Source: Crocosphaera subtropica ATCC 51142 | GTDB taxonomy: Bacteria > Cyanobacteriota > Cyanobacteriia > Cyanobacteriales > Microcystaceae | DNA: 32,000 nucleotides | Assembly (NCBI RefSeq): GCF_000017845.1 | Contig: NC_010546.1 | Location: forward strand, 4,530,001 to 4,562,000 | Direction: 5' to 3' | Part shown: piece after piece, positions 19,233 to 27,545 of the stretch | How positions within the stretch are numbered: the first letter of the stretch is position 1 | Layout of the letters: each line of letters begins with the position of its first letter | Notes under the pieces: generated by a model | The model's database searches: none | What the model saw: the letters and a program-made list of their open reading frames with translations, nothing else | What the model was told of the DNA's origin: nothing | Made by a program: the position numbers and the translations under genes

Positions 19233-19688
19233 ATGTTTGAACGATCAAAAATCCTAATTATTGGTTATGGAAATACTTTAAGAGGAGATGATGGGGTGGG
19301 TTATAAAATAGCAGAAATGATTGAGCAATGGAACCTTGATAATATAACCTCTATTGCTGTTCATCAACTCACTCCAGATTTAGCAGACAAGATCGCCCAA
19401 TCTGATACTGTCTTTTTTATAGATGCCATACCTATACATGATATCAATACAGCAAATATTCAAATCAAAACTCTTAGTATCAATGAAAAAATCAATAATT
19501 TAGCCCATCATAATAACCCTGAACAATTACTCTATTTAACCGCAGCAATTTACCAAAAATTCCCTATAGCCTATTGGATATTAGTTCCTGCTCTTAACTT
19601 TAATTTTAGTGAAGAATTTTCACTGATCACCCAAAATCATGTTAATCTTACTCTGGAAAAAATAAAAAATATGTTATCTATAAAATAA
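19233..19688 (+). CDS. Hydrogenase maturation endopeptidase family (HoxW/HupW/HybD-like)
   Basis: 151 aa. It has the N-terminal IIGYGNTLRGDDGVG motif, VFFIDA (metal Asp) and a His in LAHHNNPEQLL. Confidence 0.8.
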   Translation: MFERSKILIIGYGNTLRGDDGVGYKIAEMIEQWNLDNITSIAVHQLTPDLADKIAQSDTVFFIDAIPIHDINTANIQIKTLSINEKINNLAHHNNPEQLLYLTAAIYQKFPIAYWILVPALNFNFSEEFSLITQNHVNLTLEKIKNMLSIK

Positions 19689-19694
19689 AAAAAT

Positions 19695-20798
19695 ATGTTT
19701 ATTGAAAAGGCAGAAATTTTTGTCTTTGAATTGCCCTTCATCAAAAGTTATCAAACTAGCTATGGTGAAATGAATCAAAAAAGAAGTATCGTTATTAAAC
19801 TATCAAGCTCTGATTTATCGGGTTATGGTGAAGCATCAACCCTACCGTTTCCTTTCTATTTACCTGAATATGCTGACACTTCATATATTGTTTTAAAAGA
19901 TTTAATTATTCCTAAAATTCTTGATAAAGATATTAAGCATCCTAGTGAAATTAATCAATTATTATCTCATATTAAGGGTTATAATTTTGCTAAATATTCA
20001 GTAGAAACTGCATTGTGGGATTTGTATTCGCAAACAACACAAATTCCTTTGTATCAATTATTAGGAGGAACTAACCAAACCATTCAAATAGGGGGATCAG
20101 TTAGCATTACCAAAGATGAAAATAAGCTATTAGAAGAAATTAGTTTAAAAGTCGAACAAGGTTATCAAAGAATCAAACTAAAAATCAAACCAAGTTGGGA
20201 TATTGAACCTCTAGAAATCATAAGAAATAGCTTTCCTGATGTTCCTTTAATGGTTGATGCAAACGCTGCTTATACTTTAAAAGATAGAGACTTATTGAAA
20301 ACCTTAGATAACTTTAATTTGATGATGATAGAACAGCCTTTAGGATGGGATGATCTCATTGATCATACAGAACTTCAACCACAGCTTAATACTCCTATAT
20401 GTCTCGATGAAAGTATTTTATCTTTAAACGATACTCGTAAAGCTATTAAAATCAATGCTTGTAAAATTATTAATCTTAAACCTGGAAGAGTTGGTGGACT
20501 CACAGAAGCAAAAAAAATACATGATTTATGTAAAAAAAATAATATTGGTGTTTGGTGTGGGGGAATGTTAGAGTCTTCTATCGGAGCATTTTTTAATCTT
20601 TCTCTTGCGACTTTAGATAACTTTATTTATCCTGTAGCTTTAAATACTAATGACTACATTGATGATATTGTCACTCATAAATGCCTGGCAAAAAATGGAG
20701 CAGTAAAAGTTCCTAATTTTTTAAGTGACTTCGAGGTAGATGAAGAAAAACTGAGACATTATACCGTTGCCTCACATCAATTTAATTCAAAAAGTTAG
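19695..20798 (+). CDS. menC: o-Succinylbenzoate synthase, enolase superfamily, NSAR/OSBS-type subfamily
   Basis: 367 aa. It has the KxK motif RIKLKIKPSWD, metal ligands in MVDAN, MIEQP and CLDES, the second catalytic Lys in NLKPGRVGG, and WCGGMLES. From memory, this block pattern matches Bacillus MenC and Amycolatopsis NSAR. Confidence 0.7.
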   Translation: MFIEKAEIFVFELPFIKSYQTSYGEMNQKRSIVIKLSSSDLSGYGEASTLPFPFYLPEYADTSYIVLKDLIIPKILDKDIKHPSEINQLLSHIKGYNFAKYSVETALWDLYSQTTQIPLYQLLGGTNQTIQIGGSVSITKDENKLLEEISLKVEQGYQRIKLKIKPSWDIEPLEIIRNSFPDVPLMVDANAAYTLKDRDLLKTLDNFNLMMIEQPLGWDDLIDHTELQPQLNTPICLDESILSLNDTRKAIKINACKIINLKPGRVGGLTEAKKIHDLCKKNNIGVWCGGMLESSIGAFFNLSLATLDNFIYPVALNTNDYIDDIVTHKCLAKNGAVKVPNFLSDFEVDEEKLRHYTVASHQFNSKS

Positions 20799-20843
20799 CA
20801 ATTTTCTATAATATTAATTGAATACCTCAGTTTTTCCTAACAT

Positions 20844-21261
20844 ATGGAAACGATCACCATTCCCAAAGGATTTAGAGTAACTCCAGAACAATTTGAGCAG
20901 CTTGCTTCTGCCAAACAAATAGCACGAATGGAGTTAACTAAAGAGGGAGAATTAATCATTACGGTGGAATCAGTTGACCACAGCACAACAAGACGGTTTT
21001 CCCCCTATTGCCCCTGATTTTATTATCGAGTTAGTCAGTCCTAGTGATCTCAAAAATCAAAGATATACTGATTTACAGGGTAAAATGCAAGAATATATAG
21101 ATAACGGGGTTGAATTAGGTTGGTTAATCGAACCATCAGCAAAAACAGTAGAAATCTAGCAATTAGAACAAAAAAAAGAGATTTTCAATCATCCTCAAAC
21201 CCTTTCAAAAGAAGCGGTGTTACCTGAGTTTATTTTGGATTTAACAGAGATTTGGTCAAAG
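20844..21261 (+). pseudogene. Decayed Uma2 (DUF820) family endonuclease gene
   Basis: The N-terminal piece METITIPKGFRVTPEQFEQLASAKQIARMELTKEGELII is in one frame from 20844. The C-terminal piece LTTAQQDGFPPIAPDFIIELVSPSD...NGVELGWLIEPSAKTVEI is in another frame from 20974. An in-frame TAG follows at 21157-21159, then QLEQKKEIFNHPQTLSKEAVLPEFILDLTEIW. The central roughly 70-80 residues are missing. Confidence 0.8.
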
Positions 21262-21334
21262 TTTAAACTTTTGCGAACAACCATAGACAAAATTACCTCG
21301 GCATCGGATGATATAACTATCCAGTTATATAGGA

Positions 21335-22414
21335 ATGGTTATGGTTAAGACTCCTGTTAAACCCGATCAGCCCAAACCAGGAACAAAAGCACCTTCTCAA
21401 GAAACCCTCCTCACCCCTCGCTTTTATATTACAGACTTTGAAACCGCGGCCAACCTTTCTTTAACGGAACAGGAAACCGAATTAAACGCCATGTTGACGG
21501 AAATGCGTAACGACTACAACCGTCATCATTTTGTTCGAAATGAAGAATTTAAAACCGGTAACTGGGATCATTTAGATGAAACTACCAGAGAAGGTTTTAT
21601 TGAGTATTTAGAACGGTCTTGTATTTCTGAATTTTCTGGCTTTTTACTCTTCAAAGAATTGTCTAGAAAACTCAAAGGCCGTAACCCCATTTTATCAGAA
21701 ATGTTTCATTTAATGGCACGGGATGAAGCGCGTCATGCAGGGTTTTTAAACAAGGCAATGGCCGACTTTAACCTATCTTTAGATTTAGGAAAAGTCACTA
21801 AAACCCGTACCTATACCTTTTTCCCTCTAGAATGGGTTATTTACACCGTTTATCTCTCTGAAAAAATCGGTTATTGGCGTTATATTATCATTTTCCATCA
21901 CTTGGAAAAACATCCAGAAAAGCAATTTTATCCTATTTTCAAAAAATTTGAAAACTGGTGTCAAGATGAGAACCGTCACGGCGATATTTTTACCGCTTTA
22001 TTACGTTCTCAACCTAAACTTTGGAAAACCTGGAAAGCACGGTTATGGAGTCGTTTTTTCCTCTTATCTGTGTTTGCAACCCATACGTTAACGGTTCATG
22101 AAAGAGCGAGTTTTTATGAGTCTTTAGGGTTAAATGCCACAGAATTTGATAAGGAAGTGATTCGTAAAACGAACGAAACTTCCGCCAGAGCATTTCCTAG
22201 TGTCTTAGACGTAGATCATCCCGAATTTTATCCCCGTTTACAACGTTGTTCTCAGCGTAACTTAAAGATGAAAGAAATAGGAGAAAGTAAGGCTCCTAAA
22301 TTCGTTAAAACCTTACGAAAACTGCCTTTAATGGCTGGAATTGTCGGAGATTTATTGCGTATTTATTTAATCAAACCCATCGATGCTGAAGCATTACGGG
22401 GAACGGTTCGCTAA
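21335..22414 (+). CDS. acsF: Mg-protoporphyrin IX monomethyl ester (oxidative) cyclase
   Basis: 359 aa. It has the di-iron motifs ARDEARHAGFLN and CQDENRHGDIF, and the N-terminus LLTPRFYITDF. The start may be the second ATG at 21341. Confidence 0.95.
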   Translation: MVMVKTPVKPDQPKPGTKAPSQETLLTPRFYITDFETAANLSLTEQETELNAMLTEMRNDYNRHHFVRNEEFKTGNWDHLDETTREGFIEYLERSCISEFSGFLLFKELSRKLKGRNPILSEMFHLMARDEARHAGFLNKAMADFNLSLDLGKVTKTRTYTFFPLEWVIYTVYLSEKIGYWRYIIIFHHLEKHPEKQFYPIFKKFENWCQDENRHGDIFTALLRSQPKLWKTWKARLWSRFFLLSVFATHTLTVHERASFYESLGLNATEFDKEVIRKTNETSARAFPSVLDVDHPEFYPRLQRCSQRNLKMKEIGESKAPKFVKTLRKLPLMAGIVGDLLRIYLIKPIDAEALRGTVR

Positions 22415-22450
22415 ATACAATTTACCTAGTCTTAATCTAAAACAGTTTCC

Positions 22451-22483
22451 GAAAGCTTGCTGATGCAGGCTTTCTTTTTTTTT
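22451..22483 (+). terminator. Rho-independent terminator of acsF
   Basis: GAAAGCTTGC (22451-60) pairs with GCAGGCTTTC (22465-74) around a TGAT loop, with one G-U pair. Nine T residues follow at 22475-22483. Confidence 0.8.
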
Positions 22484-22598
22484 GTTATATTGATAATTAT
22501 ATGCTCCTATATACTGTTTGTTCCCTGTTCCCTAACCATCTTGAGTCAATAAAAAGAACAAAATATACAATTAAGATTTAAACGTGAGGAAAACTCGG

Positions 22599-23963
22599 AT
22601 GACAGCAACCATTAAAGCTAAAAAAAGCAACGATTTAGCTTTTCCCCAGGGAATCAAACGTTACGGATTGAAAGGGATTTTAAATCTTATTTTTCGTCCA
22701 TTACCAACGCTAGAAAGTAACCGCAACCGCTACGGAGATATTTACTATTCTCCTGCTTTTTCTAGTTTCCCGCCTTTTATTGTGGTTGGTAACCCAGAAG
22801 GAATTGAAGCTTTATTTACGGCTGATCCTGATTTGTTTAACTCTGGCACTTCTAATGCTGCCTTTCAACCCTTATTAGGTAGTCAATCTATTTTACAATT
22901 AGATGGGGAACCCCATAAAAAAAGACGTAAGTTATTAATGCCATCGTTTCATGGTCAACGGTTACAAACTTACGGAGAAATTATTACCAACATTACTCAG
23001 GCTATCCTCAATGGTTGGCAAAAAAAAGATATTTTCTCTATGAGAGAAGTGACTCAAGAAATCACCTTAAGTGTGATTCTTCAAGCAGTCTTCGGCATTA
23101 CTCAAGGGGACAATTATCAATCATTAAGACAGCAATTAAGTTGCTATTTAGACTTATTCAATTCTCCTTTATATACCTCTACTTTGTTTCTTCCTATTTT
23201 ACAGAAAAACTGGGGAACCTGGACCCCTTGGGGAAATTTTATTGATCAAAGAGATAAGGTATATGAGTTACTCAGTCAAGAAATTGATAAACGGGCAACC
23301 ACAAAAGATGGTGAAGATATTCTAAGTTTGTTGTTATCAGTAACTGATGAACAAGGGGAACATCTAACTAAAGGTGAGGTGATGAGTGAGTTAATGACCC
23401 TATTATTTGCTGGTCATGAAACTACTGCTTCGGCATTAGCTTGGGCATTTTATTGGATTCATTTTCATCCTGAAATTTATCATAATCTCCAAGATGAATT
23501 AGATACGATTAATGTTGATACTGATCCGATGGAAATTGCAAAACTTCCCTATTTGAATGCTGTGGTTTCTGAAACCTTAAGGATTTATCCTATTGCCTTA
23601 TTTGCCTTTAGTCGAACCCTGAAAACGTCCTGGGAATTTATGGGTTATTCTTTAGAAACAGGAATGTCTTTGGCCCCTTGTATTTATTTAGTTCATCATC
23701 ACCCTGATATCTATCCCAACTCCAAACAATTTCAACCCGAACGCTTTTTAGATAGTCAATTTTCTCCCTACGAATTTATTCCTTTTGGTGGCAGTAACCG
23801 TCGTTGCTTGGGTTATGCTTTGGCGTTGTATGAGATGAAATTAGTTTTAGCAACCGTCTTAAAACAGGTTAATTTAAAATTAGTGGATTCTCAGCCTATT
23901 TTACCTGTCAGACGAGGGTTTACCATGAGTCCTCAAGGGGGCGTAAAAATGCAAGTTATCTAA
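22599..23963 (+). CDS. Cytochrome P450
   Basis: The haem-thiolate motif is FGGSNRRCLG, the I-helix is AGHETT and the ExxR motif is ETLR. I prefer the ATG at 22599, preceded by GAGGA at 22586-22590, over the GTG at 22584 used by the ORF track. Confidence 0.9.
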   Translation: MTATIKAKKSNDLAFPQGIKRYGLKGILNLIFRPLPTLESNRNRYGDIYYSPAFSSFPPFIVVGNPEGIEALFTADPDLFNSGTSNAAFQPLLGSQSILQLDGEPHKKRRKLLMPSFHGQRLQTYGEIITNITQAILNGWQKKDIFSMREVTQEITLSVILQAVFGITQGDNYQSLRQQLSCYLDLFNSPLYTSTLFLPILQKNWGTWTPWGNFIDQRDKVYELLSQEIDKRATTKDGEDILSLLLSVTDEQGEHLTKGEVMSELMTLLFAGHETTASALAWAFYWIHFHPEIYHNLQDELDTINVDTDPMEIAKLPYLNAVVSETLRIYPIALFAFSRTLKTSWEFMGYSLETGMSLAPCIYLVHHHPDIYPNSKQFQPERFLDSQFSPYEFIPFGGSNRRCLGYALALYEMKLVLATVLKQVNLKLVDSQPILPVRRGFTMSPQGGVKMQVI

Positions 23964-23993
23964 ATGGTACAAAAATAAATTGCAACTTTAATT

Positions 23994-24068
23994 GTCATTC
24001 TGAGAAACAAGAAATCTCATGAACATTGTTTTATTTAAGCGTCATTCCGAGGAACGAGGAATCTCACC
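23994..24068. repeat. Two degenerate direct copies (about 28 nt each, 47-nt period) of a GTCATTCCGAGGAACGAGGAATCTCA-type element
   Basis: 23994 gtcattctgagaaacaagaaatctcatg and 24041 gtcattccgaggaacgaggaatctcacc match at 23 of 28 positions by eye. Each has ATTC(C/T)...(G/A)GAAT arms. They lie between the convergent P450 and PLD genes, and the second copy overlaps the PLD stop codon. Confidence 0.6.
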
Positions 24069-25701
24069 AACTAACTTCTCCTTCTAATTCTTTGATCTTA
24101 CTGTTTCCAATTCCTTTTACTCTGGTTAAGTCTTCTAAAGAGGTAAAAGGTCGAATTTTACGAACTTCAATAATTCTTTCTGCCAGGGATCTGCCAATTC
24201 CTGGTAATGTTTCCAATTCTTCTAAACTAGCTGTGTTTAAATTTATTTTTTCTGTTTGATTTATTACTGATTTCGGTGTTAATAATGTAGGGCAATTTTT
24301 AATATCTGCTTGAATTTTATTATTAATAGTTTCAGGAATTCCTAAAGTGGAATTATCATATAATCTATTAAATTCTTGTTGATAATGCGCCGTAATAATA
24401 GGATTATTGATAATCAATAAGGTTTCATCGTTTTGATAGTTAGCTGACGCTGACCAATTGTGAGAACCTGTAATAACAATATTATCATCAATAATAGCCA
24501 ATTTATGATGTAATTTATCTCCTTGAGGAAGGTTAGCAACACCAACCGTGTTAATGTTTTTTTGCCAAGGTTGATTATCTTTTTCATACTGACAATCATT
24601 GCTTAAAGCAACCCCTAACATATCTAACCCCTCACTATAATAACGAAACATAAATTCTGGATCAATTAATGCTTTAATATTAATGTTTTGGTTATTTTTT
24701 GTTTCTAAAGTGTTAGCTATATTTTGGTCACTAAAAACAAATAATGCTAAATTAATCGAACTTTTTGCTTGATTTAATACGGTACTGATTAATCCATTTG
24801 TAGTAAATTGCCAATCATCTTGAGAGGAGTTAGGAGAAAATTTAACCGTTACTTCTGATTGTCCTATCTTAATTCTTTTTGGTAATCGGTTCAATTTATT
24901 AATTCCAAATTTACTATTTTTTTCTCCCCCTTTACCATCGCCCCACATCAAGTCAAATTCTTCTGTAAAAAGTTGTGCTAATTCTGAGGATTCAATTTTG
25001 AGTAAGTTATTAGCATTTCCTCTCGTTTGGTTATTATCAAAATCTCCATGAATTCCACTTAAGGTAAAATTAGCTGAGGTAACAATCACTATTTTATTAT
25101 CAATAATGATAAATTTGTGGTGCATTAAACCTGTCCCTTTTGAACCATCTTCTGTATCATCAATAATAGGAACATTACCTTGATTCAAAATAGTTAAGGC
25201 ATCTCTTTGATTAAGTTCTTGGCTGCTAATTTGTTTATCATTATTAATATCAATAAATTGAAAATATTGATCATATCTTTGTTTTTCCCTTCTTGTCATT
25301 ACCGTAATCATTTCTGAAGTAAAATCAGTGATGGATTGATGATAATTGTTTTCTAAAATAATGCGGATTTTTATACCTTTTTTTGCTTGTTTAACCAAGG
25401 CTTGGGCAATGTTAGGAAGGCGAAATTCTTGAACAGCAATATCAATAGTAGATTGAGCAGAATTGATACTATTAATAATAATATCTTCTAGATTATCACC
25501 AGGGCGATCAATGTTACGATAAGGATCACGATAATTCGCTCCTTGGGCTTGATTTAGGTTAAAATAGACCTCAATTAAAGGATCTTGTGGAAGAGACTGC
25601 GATCGCTCAACTTTTACAGAATTATCACAAGCTATTGTTCCCAAAAATATGAATAATAATAAGCCAACAAACTGTAACCTTTTCTGATAAAATCTTTTCA
25701 T
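24064..25701 (-). CDS. Lipoprotein with two PLD/HKD motifs, an EF-hand-like loop and a C-terminal ComEA-type helix-hairpin-helix domain (putative extracytoplasmic nuclease)
   Basis: 545 aa. The signal and Cys are LLLFIFLGTIAC. The HKD motifs are HHKFIIIDNKIVIVTSAN and HHKLAIIDDNIVITGSHN. The loop DINNDKQISSQE spans residues 151-162 (25216-25251). The C-terminal INLNTASLEELETLPGIGRSLAERIIE...LTRVKGIGNSKIKEL matches the ComEA HhH signature. Confidence 0.85.
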   Translation of the reverse strand: MKRFYQKRLQFVGLLLFIFLGTIACDNSVKVERSQSLPQDPLIEVYFNLNQAQGANYRDPYRNIDRPGDNLEDIIINSINSAQSTIDIAVQEFRLPNIAQALVKQAKKGIKIRIILENNYHQSITDFTSEMITVMTRREKQRYDQYFQFIDINNDKQISSQELNQRDALTILNQGNVPIIDDTEDGSKGTGLMHHKFIIIDNKIVIVTSANFTLSGIHGDFDNNQTRGNANNLLKIESSELAQLFTEEFDLMWGDGKGGEKNSKFGINKLNRLPKRIKIGQSEVTVKFSPNSSQDDWQFTTNGLISTVLNQAKSSINLALFVFSDQNIANTLETKNNQNINIKALIDPEFMFRYYSEGLDMLGVALSNDCQYEKDNQPWQKNINTVGVANLPQGDKLHHKLAIIDDNIVITGSHNWSASANYQNDETLLIINNPIITAHYQQEFNRLYDNSTLGIPETINNKIQADIKNCPTLLTPKSVINQTEKINLNTASLEELETLPGIGRSLAERIIEVRKIRPFTSLEDLTRVKGIGNSKIKELEGEVSW

Positions 25702-25835
25702 AAGAGACGATTTTAGGAATTATGTCTAAACCCTAAGTTGTTAACCTCATTATAGGAATAAAGAAATGTATAATTCCTGATAGGATAATAAAGTTAACAC
25801 TTCAAACAGAGCAAAAATTAAATTAATTATAAATT

Positions 25836-26711
25836 ATGGATTTATTGCGATCGCTTCCCATTGGACTCTATCTAGAAAACCCCTTTACTTGGTTACACAA
25901 ACTTGATCCCAGAGTCAAATTAGCTTGGTTATTATCCTTTTTGTTAGCTCCTATTTTATCAAACCCTGAATGGCGATTAGTATTAGTAGGAATTTTAATG
26001 TTTCTTACCTTAATTACTCAAATTCCTTTAAGAGTCTGGAAACAACAAATGGGATGGTTATTAATTCTAACCTTACTCGTATTTATTATTACCACTTTAT
26101 CCCCCGATGGGTTAGCTGTTACGTCTCAACCTAGACTACCAGCCAGTGATTTATCCTTACCCCAACCCACAGATTATAATTATGTTTTAGTCGACCAAGG
26201 CAAATTATTTATTACCCGTCGTTCTTTAGAATTAGGGATAAGAATTAGCACCTTGATTTTTATTTTAATTTATAGCACCAATTTATATTTATTAACGACT
26301 GCCCCCGAAGAAATTACAGCAGGATTAGATGATTTATTATCTCCATTACGTCGCTTTAATATCCCTATTACCGAAATTTTATTAACTTTAACCTTGTCCT
26401 TAAGGTTTATTTCTTTAGTCCTAGAAGAAGTGCAAAATTTAATTCGATCCATTCGTACTAGAGCAATTAATTGGAAAAAATTAGGCATTAAAAGAAGTTT
26501 ACAAGTTTGGTTAGTGGTGGTAGAAAAATTGTTAGAAAATCTTTTAATGCGGGCTGAAGAAATTGCGATCGCTATGGAAATTAGGGGTTTTCTCAGTCCT
26601 AATAAACATCGAGTGGAATGGCATCAATTACGTTTAATACGGGGAGATTGGTTAGCATTAGGATTATTAATTATTTTTTGGTACGGACGATTAAGGTGGG
26701 GAAATATGTAA
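25836..26711 (+). CDS. Energy-coupling-factor transporter transmembrane subunit (EcfT/CbiQ family)
   Basis: 291 aa and multi-TM. The coupling-helix Ala-Arg-Gly type motifs are IRSIRTRA and RAEEIAIAMEIRG. No ATPase subunit gene is adjacent. Confidence 0.8.
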   Translation: MDLLRSLPIGLYLENPFTWLHKLDPRVKLAWLLSFLLAPILSNPEWRLVLVGILMFLTLITQIPLRVWKQQMGWLLILTLLVFIITTLSPDGLAVTSQPRLPASDLSLPQPTDYNYVLVDQGKLFITRRSLELGIRISTLIFILIYSTNLYLLTTAPEEITAGLDDLLSPLRRFNIPITEILLTLTLSLRFISLVLEEVQNLIRSIRTRAINWKKLGIKRSLQVWLVVVEKLLENLLMRAEEIAIAMEIRGFLSPNKHRVEWHQLRLIRGDWLALGLLIIFWYGRLRWGNM

Positions 26712-26798
26712 CGATCGCACTTATCATTTACCCATAGGATTTAATAGACCTATAGATTATGTTGTGTCTGAAAATTTTCACTCCCAAAAAATTAAAGG

Positions 26799-27545
26799 TT
26801 AATCACTTTCAGAACGTTCAAATAGATAGCCTTTTCCCCGAACAGTTTTGATCAATTTCCCTTGAATATCATTAATTTTCTTGCGAATTTGACCGATATG
26901 TACATCAACTTTTCTTTCTGCCCCGATTTCATGATGATTACCCCAAACGGCAGCAATAAGATCACTTCTTTCCCAAACTCGGTTAGGATGGGTTGCTAAA
27001 AAGTACAATAACTCAAATTCCAAAGAGGTAAGGGGTAACACTTCATGGTTGAGGCTAACTTCACATCGATTAGGATCAATGGTCAATCCTTCGATGCTAA
27101 CAGAGTTATTCGGGGTATTAAGGTTAACTTCTCCTCCATTACGACGTTTTAACAAAGCAGCAATCTTGGCTTTGAGAATTTCTAAATTAAAAGGTTTGGT
27201 CAAATAATCATCGGCCCCTTGTTCAAACCCTTCTAAAACATGGCTAGTATCAGTCATACAGGTTAACATCAGTACCAGGGTTCCGGTTTGACGAATTTCT
27301 TTACAGAGATTAAACCCACTTTCATCCGGTAAGTTAACATCTAAAATGGCCAAATCTGGGTTAAACTTTTGAAAAAGTTGTCTAGCCGTTTTGGCATCTA
27401 CAGCCGACTCTATATAGTAGTTATTGTAGCTAAAAAAGCGAGAAATCAATTGGCAAATAGCGGGGTCATCATCAACAATTAAAATTCTAGGCTGAGGAGA
27501 ATTACGTCCGATAGATGTTTGTAAGTAAGGAATATTAACAGTCAT
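26799..27545 (-). CDS. OmpR-family response regulator (REC plus winged-helix Trans_reg_C)
   Basis: 248 aa. It has ILIVDDD, AILDVNLPD, YLTKPF, and the C-terminal LTSLEFELLYFLATHPNRVWERSDL...VDVHIGQIRKKI...IKTVRGKGY. Confidence 0.92.
   Translation of the reverse strand: MTVNIPYLQTSIGRNSPQPRILIVDDDPAICQLISRFFSYNNYYIESAVDAKTARQLFQKFNPDLAILDVNLPDESGFNLCKEIRQTGTLVLMLTCMTDTSHVLEGFEQGADDYLTKPFNLEILKAKIAALLKRRNGGEVNLNTPNNSVSIEGLTIDPNRCEVSLNHEVLPLTSLEFELLYFLATHPNRVWERSDLIAAVWGNHHEIGAERKVDVHIGQIRKKINDIQGKLIKTVRGKGYLFERSESD

Noticed and set aside
19233-19688. Orphan hydrogenase maturation protease as evidence for a novel substrate or system
   Set aside because: In cyanobacteria, hoxW is commonly located away from the hox structural genes, so absence of a hydrogenase in this window is not unusual. 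Only the tight coupling to menC is retained, as a minor observation.
20974-21159. 61-aa ORF as an independent gene
   Set aside because: It is the C-terminal fragment of the disrupted Uma2 gene, starts at a TTG only by ORF-caller convention, and ends at an in-frame nonsense codon.
22584-22598. GTG start for the P450 gene
   Set aside because: An ATG at 22599, preceded by GAGGA at a suitable distance, is the more plausible start. The difference is only five codons.
23015-23245. 76-aa + strand ORF in an alternative frame of the P450 gene
   Set aside because: It overlaps the P450 CDS out of frame, and the P450 frame carries the family motifs.
24026-24599. Track ORFs 24026-24259 (+) and 24414-24599 (-)
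   Set aside because: They are antisense or out of frame within the PLD-ComEA gene, and low-complexity due to AT-richness.
26270-26488. 72-aa minus-strand ORF inside ecfT
   Set aside because: It is an antisense shadow frame of a membrane-protein gene.
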